Shown here in pieces: positions 62,208 through 64,000 of a DNA stretch of 64,000 bases. The stretch lies in assembly GCA_965262115.1 (NCBI GenBank), contig OZ253496.1:896001-960000 (forward strand), written 5' to 3'. The first letter of the stretch is position 1. The number at the start of each line of letters is the position of its first letter. The position numbers and the translations under genes were made by a program. The notes beneath the pieces are model-generated. The model was not told the origin of the DNA. It did no database searches and was given only the letters and a program-made list of their open reading frames with translations. The stretch is from Nitrospinales bacterium (GTDB taxonomy: Bacteria > Nitrospinota > Nitrospinia > Nitrospinales > VA-1).

Positions 62208-62479
62208 TTAATCTTATATTCGGCGATTTTTTTTCTTAACGTGTTGCGGTTGATTCCCAAAATATTCGCGGCCTTAGTCTGATTGCCGCTGGTTTCCTTC
62301 AGAACGATTTCAACCAGCGGTTTTTCAATGCCTCCCATGATCAACTCATGCAGATGCCCATTGTTTTTTTCATCCATCGAGCCGACATATTTCCGGATGG
62401 ATTTGTCCAGCCATTTTTCAAGAAAAATGGTAACTTCTTTATGGGGTTTTTTCATAGCAGGAGGATTCATTAAAGCCAC
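62189..62479 (-). CDS. fis: Fis-family DNA-binding protein
   Basis: IEKPL...GNQTKAA.ILGINRNTLRKK; start uncertain. Confidence 0.8.
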   Translation of the reverse strand: MALMNPPAMKKPHKEVTIFLEKWLDKSIRKYVGSMDEKNNGHLHELIMGGIEKPLVEIVLKETSGNQTKAANILGINRNTLRKKIAEYKIKCSSRT

Positions 62480-62675
62480 GGATCATAAAACATTGACGTC
62501 CTCCCCAGGGTCACAGATAGCTTGAATGCGGGGATAGTAGCAGACTCACCCCATGCGGTCAAGCATGGACTTGCAGACTTTTTAAAACCCTGCAATTACA
62601 AGTTGATTCCTCTCCAACGCATGGTCTAAGATGAAGTGAAAATTATCTGAAAACTTTTTAACACGCTTTAACTCC

Positions 62676-63995
62676 ATGAAAATCGCCTGCGTTACATTGG
62701 GATGCAGAACCAACCAGCACGACACTGCAGAAATGCAGACCCTGCTTGAGCAGGAAGGTTTCTCTATCGTCAATGGTAAAGAAAAGGCCGATGCCTATGT
62801 CATCAATACTTGTACAGTGACGCAACGGAGCGATTACAGTTCCCGTCTTGCGGTTAAAAAATCTCTGGCGATCAACCCTGAAGCTCTGGTCGTGTTCACC
62901 GGATGCTACGCACAGTTGAATTCGGAAGAAGCTTCCAAAATACACGGCCTCGACATCGTTCTGGGCAATGCCGACAAGCTGGAAATCGCTAACATTTTAA
63001 AAAAGAAACTTTTAAATCCCGGCCTGTCATGGAAAAAAAACTCTGACTCCGAGATCATCATGTCCGACATCCATAAAAAACGGATATTCAGAACCATCCC
63101 GGTGCGAAATTTTCAGGGCATGACCAAAGCCTTCATCAAAGTCCAAACCGGCTGTGATGAGAGGTGCTCATTCTGCACCGTTGTTAAAGCACGAGGCAAG
63201 TCAGTCAGCGATGCGCGGGAAAATATTATCTATAATGTGCAACAGGCCGTCGCATCCGGGTTTAAGGAAATCACTCTCACCGGCATTAACCTTGGCATTT
63301 GGGGCATGGATCGAAACGAAACCCTTTCTTCCCTGGTTCGCGATATCATTAAGCTTTCGGGAGATTTTCGAGTTCGGTTGAGTTCGATCAATCCCATGGA
63401 AATCGACAACGACCTCATACGACTCATTGCAGAAACCGAAAAGCTCTGTTCGCACCTGCATATTCCTTTACAAAGTGGTGATGAGATAATCTTGAAATCC
63501 ATGCGTAGAAATTATACCCGTCATCAATATCTCGAAGTCGTTCAACGCGCAGTCACCGCTATTCCCGGACTTGGACTGGGGGCGGATGTTATCGTCGGCT
63601 TTCCGGGAGAAACTGAAGAAGAGTTTGAAAACACCCGCAAACTGATAGAACAATTGCCTTTCTCCTATCTGCATGTGTTTTCCTACTCACCGCGCCGAGG
63701 CACCGAGGCCCACCAGTTCAAAGACGATGTTCCCGGAAATATAAAGAAACAAAGAAATAAGAACCTGACCCAATTGGCCAGTCAAAAGGCCTTGAAATAT
63801 CGCGAGAAATTTTTAGGGCAACAGGAAACTGTTCTGCTTGAAAACCAACGGGACACAAAATCAGGATGGCTCAAAGGCCATACCGGCAACTATATTCCAG
63901 TTATTCTGGAAGGCGCTGACGCATTGAAAAACAGCCTGGTTCCCGTCACCTTGCAGAAGGTTTCCGAACATCAGGTCACAGGATGCGTCCAGTAA
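62676..63995 (+). CDS. mtaB: tRNA t6A37 methylthiotransferase MtaB
   Basis: TLGCRTN, NTCTVT, GCDERCSFC, HVFSYSPR.GT, TRAM domain. Confidence 0.92.
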   Translation: MKIACVTLGCRTNQHDTAEMQTLLEQEGFSIVNGKEKADAYVINTCTVTQRSDYSSRLAVKKSLAINPEALVVFTGCYAQLNSEEASKIHGLDIVLGNADKLEIANILKKKLLNPGLSWKKNSDSEIIMSDIHKKRIFRTIPVRNFQGMTKAFIKVQTGCDERCSFCTVVKARGKSVSDARENIIYNVQQAVASGFKEITLTGINLGIWGMDRNETLSSLVRDIIKLSGDFRVRLSSINPMEIDNDLIRLIAETEKLCSHLHIPLQSGDEIILKSMRRNYTRHQYLEVVQRAVTAIPGLGLGADVIVGFPGETEEEFENTRKLIEQLPFSYLHVFSYSPRRGTEAHQFKDDVPGNIKKQRNKNLTQLASQKALKYREKFLGQQETVLLENQRDTKSGWLKGHTGNYIPVILEGADALKNSLVPVTLQKVSEHQVTGCVQ

Positions 63996-64000
63996 TCACC

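Overview
Gene-dense bacterial chromosomal window of moderate GC. Gene content (Sel1, pentapeptide, LRR and DUF1566 proteins, a sigma-54 cupredoxin/cytochrome c module, a ThiD-ThiN fusion) resembles Nitrospinota-like chemolithoautotrophs; this is inference and no search was run. It holds housekeeping genes (ald, queD, bioA, map, era, hemW, mazG, gatB, uvrB, mreBCD-mrdA, glmS, mtaB), two two-component systems, and a 5-kb iron island with six Fur boxes (porin, FMN-binding protein, DUF2325, ferredoxin-like protein, fur, bfr). I recognised no rRNA, tRNA, CRISPR array or intact transposase. The best candidates for new biology are: (1) a heme-oxygenase-like diiron enzyme divergently paired with an EgtD-like methyltransferase that has a remodelled pocket; (2) a glmS operon with a uridylyltransferase-only GlmU plus an archaeal-type GlmU homologue substituted at both active sites; (3) a CHASE kinase/NtrC/sigma-54 circuit next to an amicyanin-motif copper protein and cytochrome c; (4) a Fur-controlled porin plus flavinylated protein; (5) a modular intergenic repeat family at about eight loci, including a 3 x 97-98 bp tandem array. 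Several lesions and small ORFs absent from the ORF track were found by hand.
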